Positions 50,938 through 63,608 of a DNA stretch of 64,000 bases are shown in pieces. The notes under the pieces are model-generated. The model searched no databases, had not been told where the DNA came from, and saw only the letters and a list, made by a program, of their open reading frames with translations. This DNA comes from Octopus sinensis. Taxonomy: Eukaryota. Position 1 is the first letter of the stretch, and every line of letters begins with the position of its first letter. The stretch spans positions 99,634,001 to 99,698,000 of the forward strand of contig NC_043000.1 of NCBI RefSeq assembly GCF_006345805.1, written 5' to 3'. The position numbers were made by a program, and so were the translations under genes.

Positions 50938-50969
<32 letters not shown>

Positions 50970-51424
50970 ATATATAAATCCTTAAAATTTTTTTAGCCCG
51001 AAGGCCACGGCCATGCTGGGGCACATATAATATATATATTGTATGTATATATATATATATATTATATATTATATTATATATATATATATATTAAAACACA
51101 GGTGCTGATATTTATGTATGAGTTAGATTATATTCCTATTTACGTTTGTATATATATCCCTATATAATGTGTCTATATATCTGTAACTATCAATATACAT
51201 ACATGCGTATACACACAACATACATACATGCACGCACGCACCGGCACACACACATATACACAAATATATATATGCATGTATATGGATGTGTTGTCATATT
51301 GCATGCGTGTGTGCAAATGCACATGTAGATATCATCATGAACATCATTCATCCTCCGTGCTTCATATTGGTCAGCAACAGAAATATAGAGACTGATAGAT
51401 ATTCAGATATGTGTGTATGAGTGC

Positions 51425-51458
<34 letters not shown>

Positions 51459-51651
51459 GTACATACACATACATACACTCATATATATATATATGTATAT
51501 ATATATTGTATATATGTATTTATATACATATATATTTATGTAATATATATATATATATATATATTAATATATATATATATTATACAAGATATATATATAT
51601 ATATATATCTCATCATCCTCATTTAATGTCCGTTTTCCATGCTAGCATGGG

Positions 51652-51693
<42 letters not shown>

Positions 51694-51745
51694 TTATTAT
51701 ATATGTGTATTTATATAAATAAGTATATAAATATATATATATGCA

Positions 51746-51840
<95 letters not shown>

Positions 51841-52006
51841 TAGGTACATATATATGCACACAGACACACATGCATGCATACGTATCCATCCAACATCCTT
51901 CGATCTGCCTATCTATATCGACATGTGTATGTATAATAATATGTATGTATATGCATATTTCTATAACTATCTATATATATATATGCATGGATGTTTCAAT
52001 ATCTTC

Positions 52007-52043
<37 letters not shown>

Positions 52044-52293
52044 TTGATATGTGGATATAGTGGATATATATGCAAATGTGAATATGAGGACATTTTGTAG
52101 TACATAATGCAAATAGTTTTTTACTTGAAATATCTCTCCTGTATTTGTATGTATATCTATATACATTTCTTTGTATCTCCCTCTCTCTCTGTACATATGT
52201 AACTGTACAGTCGTATATATTAATCATATATATTTTATGTTTGAGTCCGTATGTATATATATATATATATATATATATACATGCACACACATA

Positions 52294-52327
<34 letters not shown>

Positions 52328-52330
52328 GGT
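49034..52330. repeat. Series of (TA)n, (TATC)n and (CA)n megatracts with short unique spacers
   Basis: Directly visible; includes a ~45-bp TCTGTCTACCTATATC unit at 50490-50830. Confidence 0.9.
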
Positions 52331-53112
52331 TTCAGCCGGTATTGGCCCAGGCCGTGTCTAACTTAATAGCATCACCTGGCAAAGTCATTCAAATCAGGAA
52401 CTGGACAACATGGCCCACTCGGGGAGAGAGTTATTGTCTGCGGACATGTATCCGGGATATGTATATATATATATACACATATATACATATATACATACAT
52501 GCATATATATATATATATATATGTGGTGTGTGTATGTATGTATATTTATCACAATGTGCTCTATGATATATCTATTATGTCCAATCTTACCAGTCAGATT
52601 CGCACTTGGTGTTCAATGGTATGTAAGGTAAAAGTTCGATTATGAACCCCTAATGCGAAACCAATTGGTAAGTTTGGTCATACTGGGCATATAATACTGT
52701 ACGCCTCAATTAATATGCCAACTTTACTGACAGATATATGTCTACTATAAAAAACTCAGTAAAAAAGCCTTTTCCTTCATTCTCAATTATGCCAATGTCA
52801 CAGAAAAGTGCCCAGTACACTCAGTAATATTGGTGGCATCATGAGCATCATCCATTTATGCATAGAAACGATGCCAAAACATTTTTACCTGACTTGTAAA
52901 CTCTTAGTATATTTATGTCTTAATTGATAGTAACTGCTCATGACACACGGCGTTGGGGTTTTATGCACTGGCTAATACGCAATCCCTAATTTCAAACCAC
53001 TGTTGTTAGAACTTACATTTTGAGTTCTATTTTTGTCTTCATATTATGAAACCTATATGCATGAAAATGTGTGTGTTTGTGTGTGTGTGTGTATATATAT
53101 ATTTATATATCT

Positions 53113-53143
<31 letters not shown>

Positions 53144-53277
53144 GAAAATGGATGTTAAATGATGATGGTGATGATGGACACATGCGCAATGGATATACAT
53201 GTGCATGGTGTGTATTATATATATATATATATATTCACATATATATGCATATATATATCTATATATATTTTATATAC

Positions 53278-53333
<56 letters not shown>

Positions 53334-53402
53334 TATGAGTGGACAAACAAAAGAAAGGCACAGTTTTTTGGAGTTGCCTATGTTGTTCAAAAGTTAGATT
53401 TT

Positions 53403-53460
53403 GATTCTATGCATCTTCAAGTTTCACAGTTCTTTAACAGAGCCTGTCTCCCCAGGAATC
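53403..53460 (-). ncRNA. Decayed type I hammerhead relic
   Basis: Minus: GATTC CTGGGGA G ACAG..CTGT GAAA CTTGAAGATGCA TA GAATC (5-bp stem I, A6G change, stem III broken). Confidence 0.4.
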
Positions 53461-54683
53461 AAACTGTTTTGAAAAATACATGTAACGCCAAATAATATAT
53501 ATATATATATTATAATATATATATATATTATTTGGCGTTACATGTTATTTGGCGTTATATATATTATAATATATATATATATATACATATATACACACAC
53601 GTGAGTGTGTCTACATATTTATTTCTTCTGTTGTAAGACACTCGTGCTTATCCCTGTATTATCCTTTAGTCTTTAACGCCTAGATAAAGGTCACTGGCTT
53701 GTCTACTACAATCTAACTCAGTAAAAGAGTCTTTTCCTTCATTCTCAAATATGCCCATGTCACAGAAAAGTGCTCAGTACACTCAGTAATATTGCTGGCA
53801 TCATGAGCAATATCCATCCATAGAAACGATGCCAAAACAAAGATAGGTACTTGATGTTGTCCTCTGCTACTTTCATCCTGCCGAACATGACAACACATGG
53901 CAAAATGTTAAATGATACTGATGAAGTATACATTGCATACAAATATATATATATACGTTGATACACACACACGCTTATATATATGTATATATATGTATAA
54001 CTGCACACACACATGTATATATATAAAAATATGTATAACAGTACACACACACATAAACACATATATGCACATTCATATGTAACATATGTATATACATGTG
54101 AAAACATACGTTACAAGCACATAGATTTATGCATTAGTGTATGTATCCACATTTAATATCGATGTATATATTTGTCATCACTATCATTATTTCAAGTCCA
54201 TTTTCCATACTGGCATCAGTTCAGTAGCTTGATAGGAACTGGCAACCTGAAAGACCGTGCAAAGTTCTACTGTCCGTCTAAAAAACGTTTCTACATCTGT
54301 ATGCCCTTCAAAATGCCAACTATTTACGAAATGTACCTGAGTGCTTTTTATGTTGCACCAGCATAGTGACAGACTTGACCTTTTCAATTGGGTACATATA
54401 TGCGCATGCACACATATGCACACACACACACAGGTATATACATATATATGCCAGCATGGAAGGCGGATGTTCAATGATGATGTTGATATATTACATATTC
54501 ACACACACACACATATGTACTAATCAAATTGTTGATAAATGCGAAGCATGAAACTTTTGCACATCGTTTTTGTCAATTTCTCATATTAAAAAAATTAATT
54601 TTCCGTAATGTATTGAATTTTGATTGTCCTAGATTAATCTGTCATATATCTCTGTGTATATTTGAATGAATTATGTATATATA

Positions 54684-55052
54684 TACTAGAAGTATCGGCC
54701 GGCATTGCTTGGGTTTGTTTCGACCTTTTAGAATTGGAATTTTTGAAAAGTAAAAATTTGCATTAAGTAGCTTGTTATTCTCTTTAAGCGAACATTTTTC
54801 TGGTTGAAATACACCACAAAATGGTGACACAGCAGTCAAAATATCGTAAAAAATAGGGTTTTCATAGAAAAAAAGCACCTTTTTGATGTAAATAATTTTT
54901 GGTGTTAACATGGTCTGATTTGAATTTTTTCTTCTATGGAAGGAAGAGCAATTTTGGTCAACTTGCGTCACAGGGTCTCGGAGGAGATAGTGTTAGTTGA
55001 AGGCTACCAAACCTGCCATATACAGACAACTTCAGCTTTTTAGAGATATATA
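54684..55052 (+). mobile_element. Non-autonomous Helitron-like element (Lep1-like architecture)
   Basis: Starts TACTAGAAGTATCGGCCGGCATTGCTTGGG, ends ACAGACAACTTCAGCTTTTTAGAGATATA. Confidence 0.55.
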
Positions 55053-55144
55053 AATCAAAGTCTGGAAGATGCATGATATAAGACCAGACCACAATGTGCA
55101 CCTTCACATTTTGCATTTGGAAGATGCACAATATGAAGGTGCGT

Positions 55145-55190
55145 CTTTGATGCAAACCTGATGAAGTGCCACTTTAATGTTTATGCATAT

Positions 55191-55232
<42 letters not shown>

Positions 55233-56830
55233 AAGTATGGCTGTGAAGTATGAGGTTTGCAACCCAACAACATAGCACCAGGTTCAGTCTCATTGCTTGG
55301 CACCTTGAGCAAGTATTTTTCTAACATAGCTCTGGAGTGACCAGAGGAAAACTGTATGTGTGTTTGTATGTGGTTATTGTCTCCTTGCTTTGACTTCATG
55401 TGATAAGTTGTAAGTGAATGTCACTGTCACACGAGTGGGGTCCCTCAGTTCCTGTTGGGAAAATATTACCTTGCATGGAACAGGTGAGAATTGGCAATAG
55501 GAAATGAATCTGCTTATAGGAAATAACCTCAACCGATTCTGTCTGACAAATACATATATGATAAAAACTGGATGTTAAATAATGGTGATTTTACATATTT
55601 ATGCGCATATATATTTTTTATATATATTTGCATGCATACACACATATATATATATACTGTAGCCATGCTAGAGCAACACCTTTAGTCAAAGAAATTGACC
55701 TCAGGATTTATTCTTTGTAAGCCTAGTACTTATTCTATTGGTCTCTTTTGCTGAACCGCTAAGTTTCAGGACATAAACACACCAATATTGGCTGTCTAGT
55801 GTTGGTGGAGGGATAAACACAGACACAAAGACATTCACACATAAATATATATGACGGGCTTCTTTTCACTTTCCGCCTACCAATTCCACTCTCAAGACTT
55901 TGGTCAGCCCAAGGCTACAGTAGAAGACACTTGCCCANNNNNNNNNNNNNNNNNNNNNNNNNNNNNNNNNNNNNNNNNNNNNNNNNNNNNNNNNNNNNNN
56001 NNNNNNNNNNNNNNNNNNNNNNNNNNNNNNNNNNNNNCTTTGATGCAAACCTGATGAAGTGCCACTTTAATGTTTATGCATATACACACACACACACCAC
56101 ACACACACACACACACACGTGCAAGTATGGCTGTGAATATGAGGTTTGCAACCCAACAACATAGCACCAGGTTCAGTCCATCATTGCTTGGCACCTTGAG
56201 CAAGTATTTTTCTAACATAGCTCTGGAGTGACCAGAGGAAAACTGTATGTGTGTTTGTATGTGGTTATTGTCTCCTTGCTTTGACTTCATGTGATAAGTT
56301 GTAAGTGAATGTCACTGTCACACGAGTGGGGTCCCTCAGTTCCTGTTGGGAAAATATTACCTTGCATGGAAACAGGTGAGAATTGGCAATAGGAAATGAA
56401 TCTGCTTATAGGAAATCTACCTCAACCGATTCTGTCTGACAAATACATATATGATAAAAACTGGATGTTAAATAATGGTGATTTTACATATTTATGCGCA
56501 TATATATTTTTTATATATATTTGCATGCATACACACATATATATATATACTGTAGCCATGCTAGAGCAACACCTTTAGTCAAAGAAATTGACCTCAGGAT
56601 TTATTCTTTGTAAGCCTAGTACTTATTCTATTGGTCTCTTTTGCTGAACCGCTAAGTTTCAGGACATAAACACACCAATATTGGCTGTCTAGTGTTGGTG
56701 GAGGGATAAACACAGACACAAAGACATTCACACATAAATATATATGACGGGCTTCTTTTCACTTTCCGCCTACCAATTCCACTCTCAAGACTTTGGTCAG
56801 CCCAAGGCTACAGTAGAAGACACTTGCCCA
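55145..56830 (+). other. ~790-bp direct duplication (55145-55937, 56038-56830) flanking a 100-N assembly gap
   Basis: Near-identical copies with a few indels; N-run 55938-56037. Confidence 0.9.
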
Positions 56831-56933
56831 AGGTGCCACGTAGTAGGACTGAACCTGGAACCATGTGGTTGGGAAGCAAGCTCTAACCACACATTTATAT
56901 ACACATATAAATATTTATGTATAAATAAATATA

Positions 56934-57102
56934 TACCGTATTTTAACATGTATAATGAACCCCCTAATTTGGAGATATGCGGTTCAAGAAACTAAGTAAT
57001 TTATTAATATCTACTATGCTACCCTTCTATAACAAACTCCCATATTTTTTAAGCTAATTTTTGTAAAAAAAAAGGGTTCTGTATACACCTCAAAATATGG
57101 TA
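56934..57102. mobile_element. Tc1/mariner-superfamily MITE
   Basis: TACCGTATTTT....TGTATA..GAACCC and its reverse complement at the ends; TA flanks. Confidence 0.7.
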
Positions 57103-57137
57103 TATCTATATGCATATGTATATATATATATATATAT

Positions 57138-57370
57138 ACACAGGGTGACCTTAAATTACTCTCACAGTTTGAAAAATTTAATAAAAAAAGTAATAAGCAT
57201 AACAAAGCAGATTTTACTGAAATACATAGACAAATAAATACAGTTTTATTAAAATCCTCAGAACACTTCTACATGGGCTTCATTCACTGCACACCACCTA
57301 CCGAGTTACCCCTTTGTTTCGTTTTTCTAAACTTTCAAAATTGTAAACATAATTTATGAACAATCTAATA
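57138..57370. mobile_element. Tc1/mariner-type MITE, degenerate TIRs
   Basis: CAGGGTGACCTTAAATTA..ACAGTTTGAAA versus decayed inverse TTTCAAAATTGT..TAATTTATGAACAATCTAATA. Confidence 0.45.
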
Positions 57371-57387
57371 TATATATAAATATATAA

Positions 57388-57418
<31 letters not shown>

Positions 57419-57824
57419 CACAACATGATGGGTTTCTTTCAGTTTCCATCTACAAAATCCATTCATAAGACTTTGTTTAGCCCAGGGCTGTTTCAGGGGA
57501 CAATTGTCCAAAGTGTCACACACAGGTCTAAATCTAAGACAACATCCTTGGAATGCAAGTTTTTCAACTGCACAACATTGCCCTTGTAAAAGTATAGAGT
57601 GAGGGATTTAAATATATATAAATTTATATGTTGATGTATGTATATATAAATATATATGTATATGTTAAAATCTATAATGTAGATTATATATATATATAAT
57701 ATATATATATATATTATTATATTATATATATATATACATATATATACACATAATGATATATATATGCAACTTCTTATATGCATACATGTATTAGATTTAA
57801 CTTGTATGGAAAATTAGTGAGATA

Positions 57825-58240
57825 AATATGGAAGATTATGGAGGGGTTGGCACCAAACGTTGGTATTGAGAGCTATACCAGCCTCCGAACTCAACATTAC
57901 AGCATTGTTCCTAAGGTCCCAGTTTTCCCATCTAGAGTGAAGACCTTGTGCTGCAATTGTTGTGATTCAAGGGCCCTTGGCTATTTAATGTCTTGCCAGG
58001 ACATCTGCGAAATTTATATTGAGTAGGGTTAAAGGTTTTGAAAAAACATCTTCAACTTCTGCTGTCCAAGATGCCAGGTGGACCTACATCATGGCAAGAA
58101 ACTGAAAATGGGCAGCAGTGTAGAACTCCTACTTTCACCAAAAGCCAATCACTAAAAGAATGGCCATTGAAAAACTGATAGCAATGGATCTGCCTTACAT
58201 GGTCTCAGCTTTTGGGGTGAAATGCATAAACAAATAAGAT
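57825..58240 (+). mobile_element. LINE (CR1/I-group-like) ORF2 C-terminus and 3' UTR
   Basis: WKIMEGLAPNVGI..VP..RVKTL..GP..FNVLPGHLRNL; tail resembles the family A SINE tail. Confidence 0.65.
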
Positions 58241-58252
58241 AATGTACATTTA

Positions 58253-58287
<35 letters not shown>

Positions 58288-58399
58288 ATATTTTTCAATT
58301 TTTGTATGCACACATACACACATAATCTGCCTAGTTATGTGTGGATATTTGTGTACAATGTTTTGTGTGTGTATATATATCTATATATATATATCTATA

Positions 58400-58438
<39 letters not shown>

Positions 58439-58844
58439 TTATGTAATGTATGTAATGTAATATATATGTATGTATGTAGGTAGGTATATATATAGATATT
58501 ATGTATGGTATGTATATATATCTATGTATGTATGTATGTATGTATATATATATATATATGTATGTATATATTATAATATATATATGTATGGTATATATAT
58601 ATATATATGTTGTATGTATATTATATATATATAGTGTATGTGTATAATATATATATGTATGTATGTAATATATATATGTATGTATTGTATGTGTATATAT
58701 ATATATGTATGTGTATATAATATATATGTGTGTGTATATATATATATATGTATGTAATGTGTATATATTATCTGTATGTGTGTGTGTATATATATTATAT
58801 GTATGTGTGTGTGTGTGTGTGGTGTATATATATATATAATATAA

Positions 58845-58875
<31 letters not shown>

Positions 58876-59060
58876 ATATATGCATGTATGAATAAATATA
58901 TGGAACCTATATTTTGACCTTCATGTATATATATATTGCACCCCATATATACACTCATTATATATATATATTTATATTCACGCGCATATCTATATATGTA
59001 CTTACATAGATACGTATATATTATACATATATATATATACATGAACATATATATAAATTC
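58240..59060. repeat. (TA)n/(TATG)n megatract
   Basis: Directly visible. Confidence 0.95.
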
Positions 59061-59394
59061 TATATACATATATTGGTGTCTGTTAAATATTTATGACCAA
59101 ATTCTCTTAATACTAAATGCTTTATTGATATCTGCCAGAAATTTTTAATCCCATTTTTTCTTCTAAATATATTTATACATATATACACAGACACACACAC
59201 ACACATATATATATGGACATAGATACATATTTCCATTTTTTATACATCCATATATTTATATGTGTATAAATATGTATTAGTATGTATTATATAAATGTTT
59301 GCATAAATATAGATATTTATCCTTCACTGTTACTGTTGCTTAAACGTTCAACTAGTAGCGAGGGACTCACTTTATTAATATATACATATATAGT

Positions 59395-60189
59395 GAGAGA
59401 GAAGGGAAACCATTGGGGTGGCGGATTTCCAAGATATAGTCCCCCAGATCATCACAGGTCCTCCTACATGTTTAACAGTTGGAAGAAGGCAGTCTGGGTC
59501 AAATGCTTCTTTTGGCTGTCTCCACACGTATACTCGGAAATATGGTAAAGAATCACTCGTCCGAGAAAATAACATTCTTCCACTGTGATAGGGACCAATT
59601 CACTAGGTTTTTACTCCACTCTAAATGTTTTGCAATGTTTGTTTTTGAAAGTAGTGGTTTTCTGATTGCAGCTTCTCTTGAAATCCACTTTTGTGCAGCT
59701 CCCAGCAAATGGTTTTTGTGGAAACTGGGTTCTCGAGGTGGTCATTAAGCTCTGTAGTAATTTTGGGAGTTGTACTTTTGTGATCCTTTCTAACAATTTG
59801 CATAAGACTCTGACAGTCCCTCTCTGAAAGTTTTGGTTTTCTTCTGGAGTTTTGTTTTGGCGAAGAGGTTTTTCCCTCTTTCTCAAGGGGTGTCGTTACT
59901 TTCGAAACAGTTCTTCATGATAGACCAAACATTTCGGCTGTTTTCGTCATGCTAGCGCCTGACATACGAGCACCAACAATTTGACCTCTTTGAAAGTCTG
60001 ATACATGTGTCATTTTAATGAATTTTTATTATATTCTTCTGATGGTATCTGAAAAGAAACATCAATTTTCCCAAACATATTAAGCAGCGCTAATAATAAA
60101 TCCAAAAATATAAAAATAAACAAGCTTTTAATGATTTTATAGATATTTCAAAATTATGATGCTAGGTGTTATTTTGTCCAATCCCTGTA
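59395..60189 (-). mobile_element. Tc1-like transposon, left part with decayed transposase
   Basis: TIR TA-CAGGGATTGGACAAAATA; SDFQRGQIVGARMSGAS..GRKPKLS-like..VSTKTI..LH..KPLLSK..W..VIFSDE..TVKHVGGPVMIWG. Confidence 0.9.
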
Positions 60190-60462
60190 TTAATGTTAAT
60201 GTATGTGTGTGTGTGTGTGTGTGTGAGTATATATAATATATATATATATATATATAGTCGATCCTTATTTGTTTGTGAAATGAAATTTATATTTCGCCTA
60301 TGTCTCATCAAGTTTATATATATTTCAATGTGTCGGTTTTGTGTTTATTAATCCTTACTTCTTAGCTCTATCTTTCTTCATATCTGTCTGCATCTCAATG
60401 AATCTACTTATATGTATCTGTATGGATTACTCTTTCGATCCATTGGCCTTGTCTGTCCATAG

Positions 60463-60536
60463 CAAGGAAGACATTATGAATATTGTCAGAGAGAGCATTT
60501 ATAAAGTATATGGCATTTCAGATCTTCATTTTGTAG
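60463..60536 (+). CDS. Candidate exon (KEDIMNIVRESIYKVYGISDLHFV G)
   Basis: tccatag|...GTAG|gtatat; phase 2 to 1. Confidence 0.3.
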
Positions 60537-60678
60537 GTATATGAAAACATCGAATTTAGACAGGAGCTTCCATTCTCTTCATTACAACTCTCAATGCTAT
60601 ATCATTTTTGAAATTTTGGAGAATAAAACTGTAGCATTTCCCAAACTACTATTAATTCGATACTTAAATTTTCTCCAG

Positions 60679-60734
60679 GATGGAAACATGAACTTGTACA
60701 CACCACCTGTAGAAATCAGGCTCCCAGTATATGA
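60679..60734 (+). CDS. Candidate exon (GWKHELVHTTCRNQAPSI*)
   Basis: ttttctccag acceptor; phase-compatible with the previous candidate. Confidence 0.25.
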
Positions 60735-61208
60735 CTACCATGGAACATTATAACTTTCACTACTCCTGCCCTTTTCTGTGTAAAATGAGAGAAAGATCCT
60801 CAAACCTTGAAAATGCCTATTGATGTGCGTTATGATGATATGAAATATGGCATAGACATAAAAACAGATTCTCTCATGTACTCAGATGGAGACATTACCT
60901 GAGCTTATTTTGGCCAAAACATAGCTCAGCTTGTCAAAGTTGTTTATATATATATATATTATATATATATATATATATTATATATATATATGTTAGAATA
61001 TATATACAGAGAGAGAGATTGATATATATATGTATATCTATTTGGATATATATGATATATAAATATATGTATTGATATATAATATATGTGTGTGTGTATA
61101 TATATATAATATATATAATATATGTAGGTCCCGGGTTGAGTCAGGGTTAACCACAGTAAATAAGGTACTCAATACATAGCAGAGTAAACTTAATTTATTT
61201 TATAGAAG

Positions 61209-61257
61209 CCTTCTACAGGACTAGAACTATTTCATTCAAAAGAAATCATCAGGAAGC
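61209..61257 (-). ncRNA. Type I hammerhead ribozyme, inverted twin
   Basis: GCTTC CTGATGA TTTCTTTTGAAT GAAA TAG-TTCTAGTC-CTG TA GAAGG. Confidence 0.75.
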
Positions 61258-61265
61258 TCATCAGC

Positions 61266-61314
61266 GCTTCCTGATGATTTCTTTTGAATGAAACAGTTCT
61301 AGTCCTGTAGAAGC
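61266..61314 (+). ncRNA. Type I hammerhead ribozyme, intact core
   Basis: GCTTC CTGATGA T-TTC-TTTT-GAA-T GAAA CAG-TTCTAGTC-CTG TA GAAGC; GUA site with cleavage predicted after 61309. Confidence 0.8.
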
Positions 61315-61325
61315 TCCTTCTATAA

Positions 61326-61334
<9 letters not shown>

Positions 61335-61358
<24 letters not shown>

Positions 61359-61844
61359 GATATCGACATATAGATATAATAATCTATATATATATATAAT
61401 ATTGATATATATATATATATAGGATATTGACATATTGATATTTATTTATATATATAGATATATATATATGTGTATATATCAAGATATTGATATATATATA
61501 TATATATGGATATTGACATATTGATATTTATTTATATAATATATATGATATATCAAGATATTGTATATATATAGATAGATATTGATATAAATATTGATAT
61601 ATATATATATATATATATATAAAGATATTGATAGATATATATATATAAATTGATATAAATATTGATAAATATATATATATATAAAGTTAATCCAAACAAA
61701 AAAACACGTAAAAACACAACAACGCGAGGATGTGGACACATATAGTTATAATTGGACGCTCAGGAAAGAAGGGAGGAGGGTATTGATATATATATATATA
61801 TAGATATTAATATATATATATACATATATATATATATCAGATAT

Positions 61845-61914
<70 letters not shown>

Positions 61915-62005
61915 TATTGATATATATATATATATTATATATATATATATATACAGATATTGATATATATAATATCTATATATATATATTATATATATAC
62001 AGATA

Positions 62006-62044
<39 letters not shown>

Positions 62045-62186
62045 TATTGATATATATATTAATATATATCTATATATATATATCAATATTGATATATATA
62101 TATATATTATACAGATATTGATATATTATATATATATATATATACAGATATTGCTATATATATAATATATATATATAAGATAGTAG

Positions 62187-62217
<31 letters not shown>

Positions 62218-62878
62218 TAGATATATATATATATATATACTTTGATACGTGTGTGCATATATGTATATGTAGAGGTATATATATATGAAGATGATACAGC
62301 AGTGTCTTGGCTTTGGTCACCTGAGGATGCGTATGTATACATCTGCAATTGAAACATGTTAATGTAAAATTGCAAGCAATTTGTGTAATTCTGCAATCAA
62401 CAGCTGGTAATAATGTGTTGAAACAATTGTAGTCAATAGAAATAGTGACTGCAATCCATCTTTTTGTATTAAAATCAATGTTATTATGCTTGTGCATATA
62501 TACATTATATATACACACATTCATACATATATATATATATTTAGATTTAGATATACACATGCACAAAAATATATATAGACATACATATATATACATATAT
62601 ATGCGTAAATATATATAGACAAATATAGATACTATATTTATATACATATAATCACATAAATAGTTTTATATATTTAAGTAGTTAGAAATATGTATACATA
62701 CATGTAGATAATAAATGTGTGTGTATTTATATATTTACAAACACATACACACATATATTTTGTATGCATATTTATATATGTATACATATGTAAATATATA
62801 TCTATACATGTATGCATTAACTTATATATACATGCATATGTATGTGTATGTGTGTATATATATATATATATATAAATG

Positions 62879-62919
<41 letters not shown>

Positions 62920-63227
62920 TATAAATGTATATGTATATATATGATATATATATATATATATATATATCTACATATATATATATATGTATAAATATATATA
63001 TATATATATATCTACATATATATATATATGTATAAATAATATGTATATATATATATCTACATATATATATATATGTATAAATATATATGTATATATATAT
63101 ATCTACATATATATATATATGTATAAATATATATGTATATATATATATATCTACATATATATATATGTATAAATATATATGTATATATATATATATCTAC
63201 ATATATATATATATGTATAAATATATA

Positions 63228-63263
<36 letters not shown>

Positions 63264-63280
63264 AATGTATATGTATATTT
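61335..63280. repeat. (TA)n megatracts with higher-order units (GATATTGATATA.. and a ~43-bp CTACATATATATATATGTATAAATATATATG unit)
   Basis: Directly visible; interrupted by 61680-61785 and 62240-62510. Confidence 0.9.
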
Positions 63281-63608
63281 CGTTTTTGGATTTGGTTTGC
63301 AAGATTCTTTATATGAGTTCGTGTGTTGAAGCATATTCTGTTGTGTCTGGGGAGAGTCATTTTCTTTTTGTGCCATATTATTTAACACACTCACCGGTAA
63401 AATTTCCACTTTTTCTTATTTTTATTGTCCTAAAATTTTTGTTGCGTCTTGCAAAATGTGCGATAGTTTTGACTCTTAAAATTATTGAAAGGGTTGCAAG
63501 ACGCAACGAAAATTTTCAGACAATAAAACTAAGAAAAAAGTGGAAATTTTACCGGTGAGTGTGTTAAATAATATGGCACAAAAAGAAAATGAGTCTTCCC
63601 AGACACAA

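Larger units (their letters stand above)
61125..61334. mobile_element. PLE pLTR-like unit with an inverted partial duplicate, flanked by (TA)n
   Basis: Palindrome 61191-61334 plus a unique 65-bp extension on the left arm. Confidence 0.75.

Noticed and set aside
52328-52375. GGCC...GGCTGAAAC on the minus strand, suggestive of hammerhead stem II
   Set aside because: No core upstream; better explained as a LINE tail like 50990-51025
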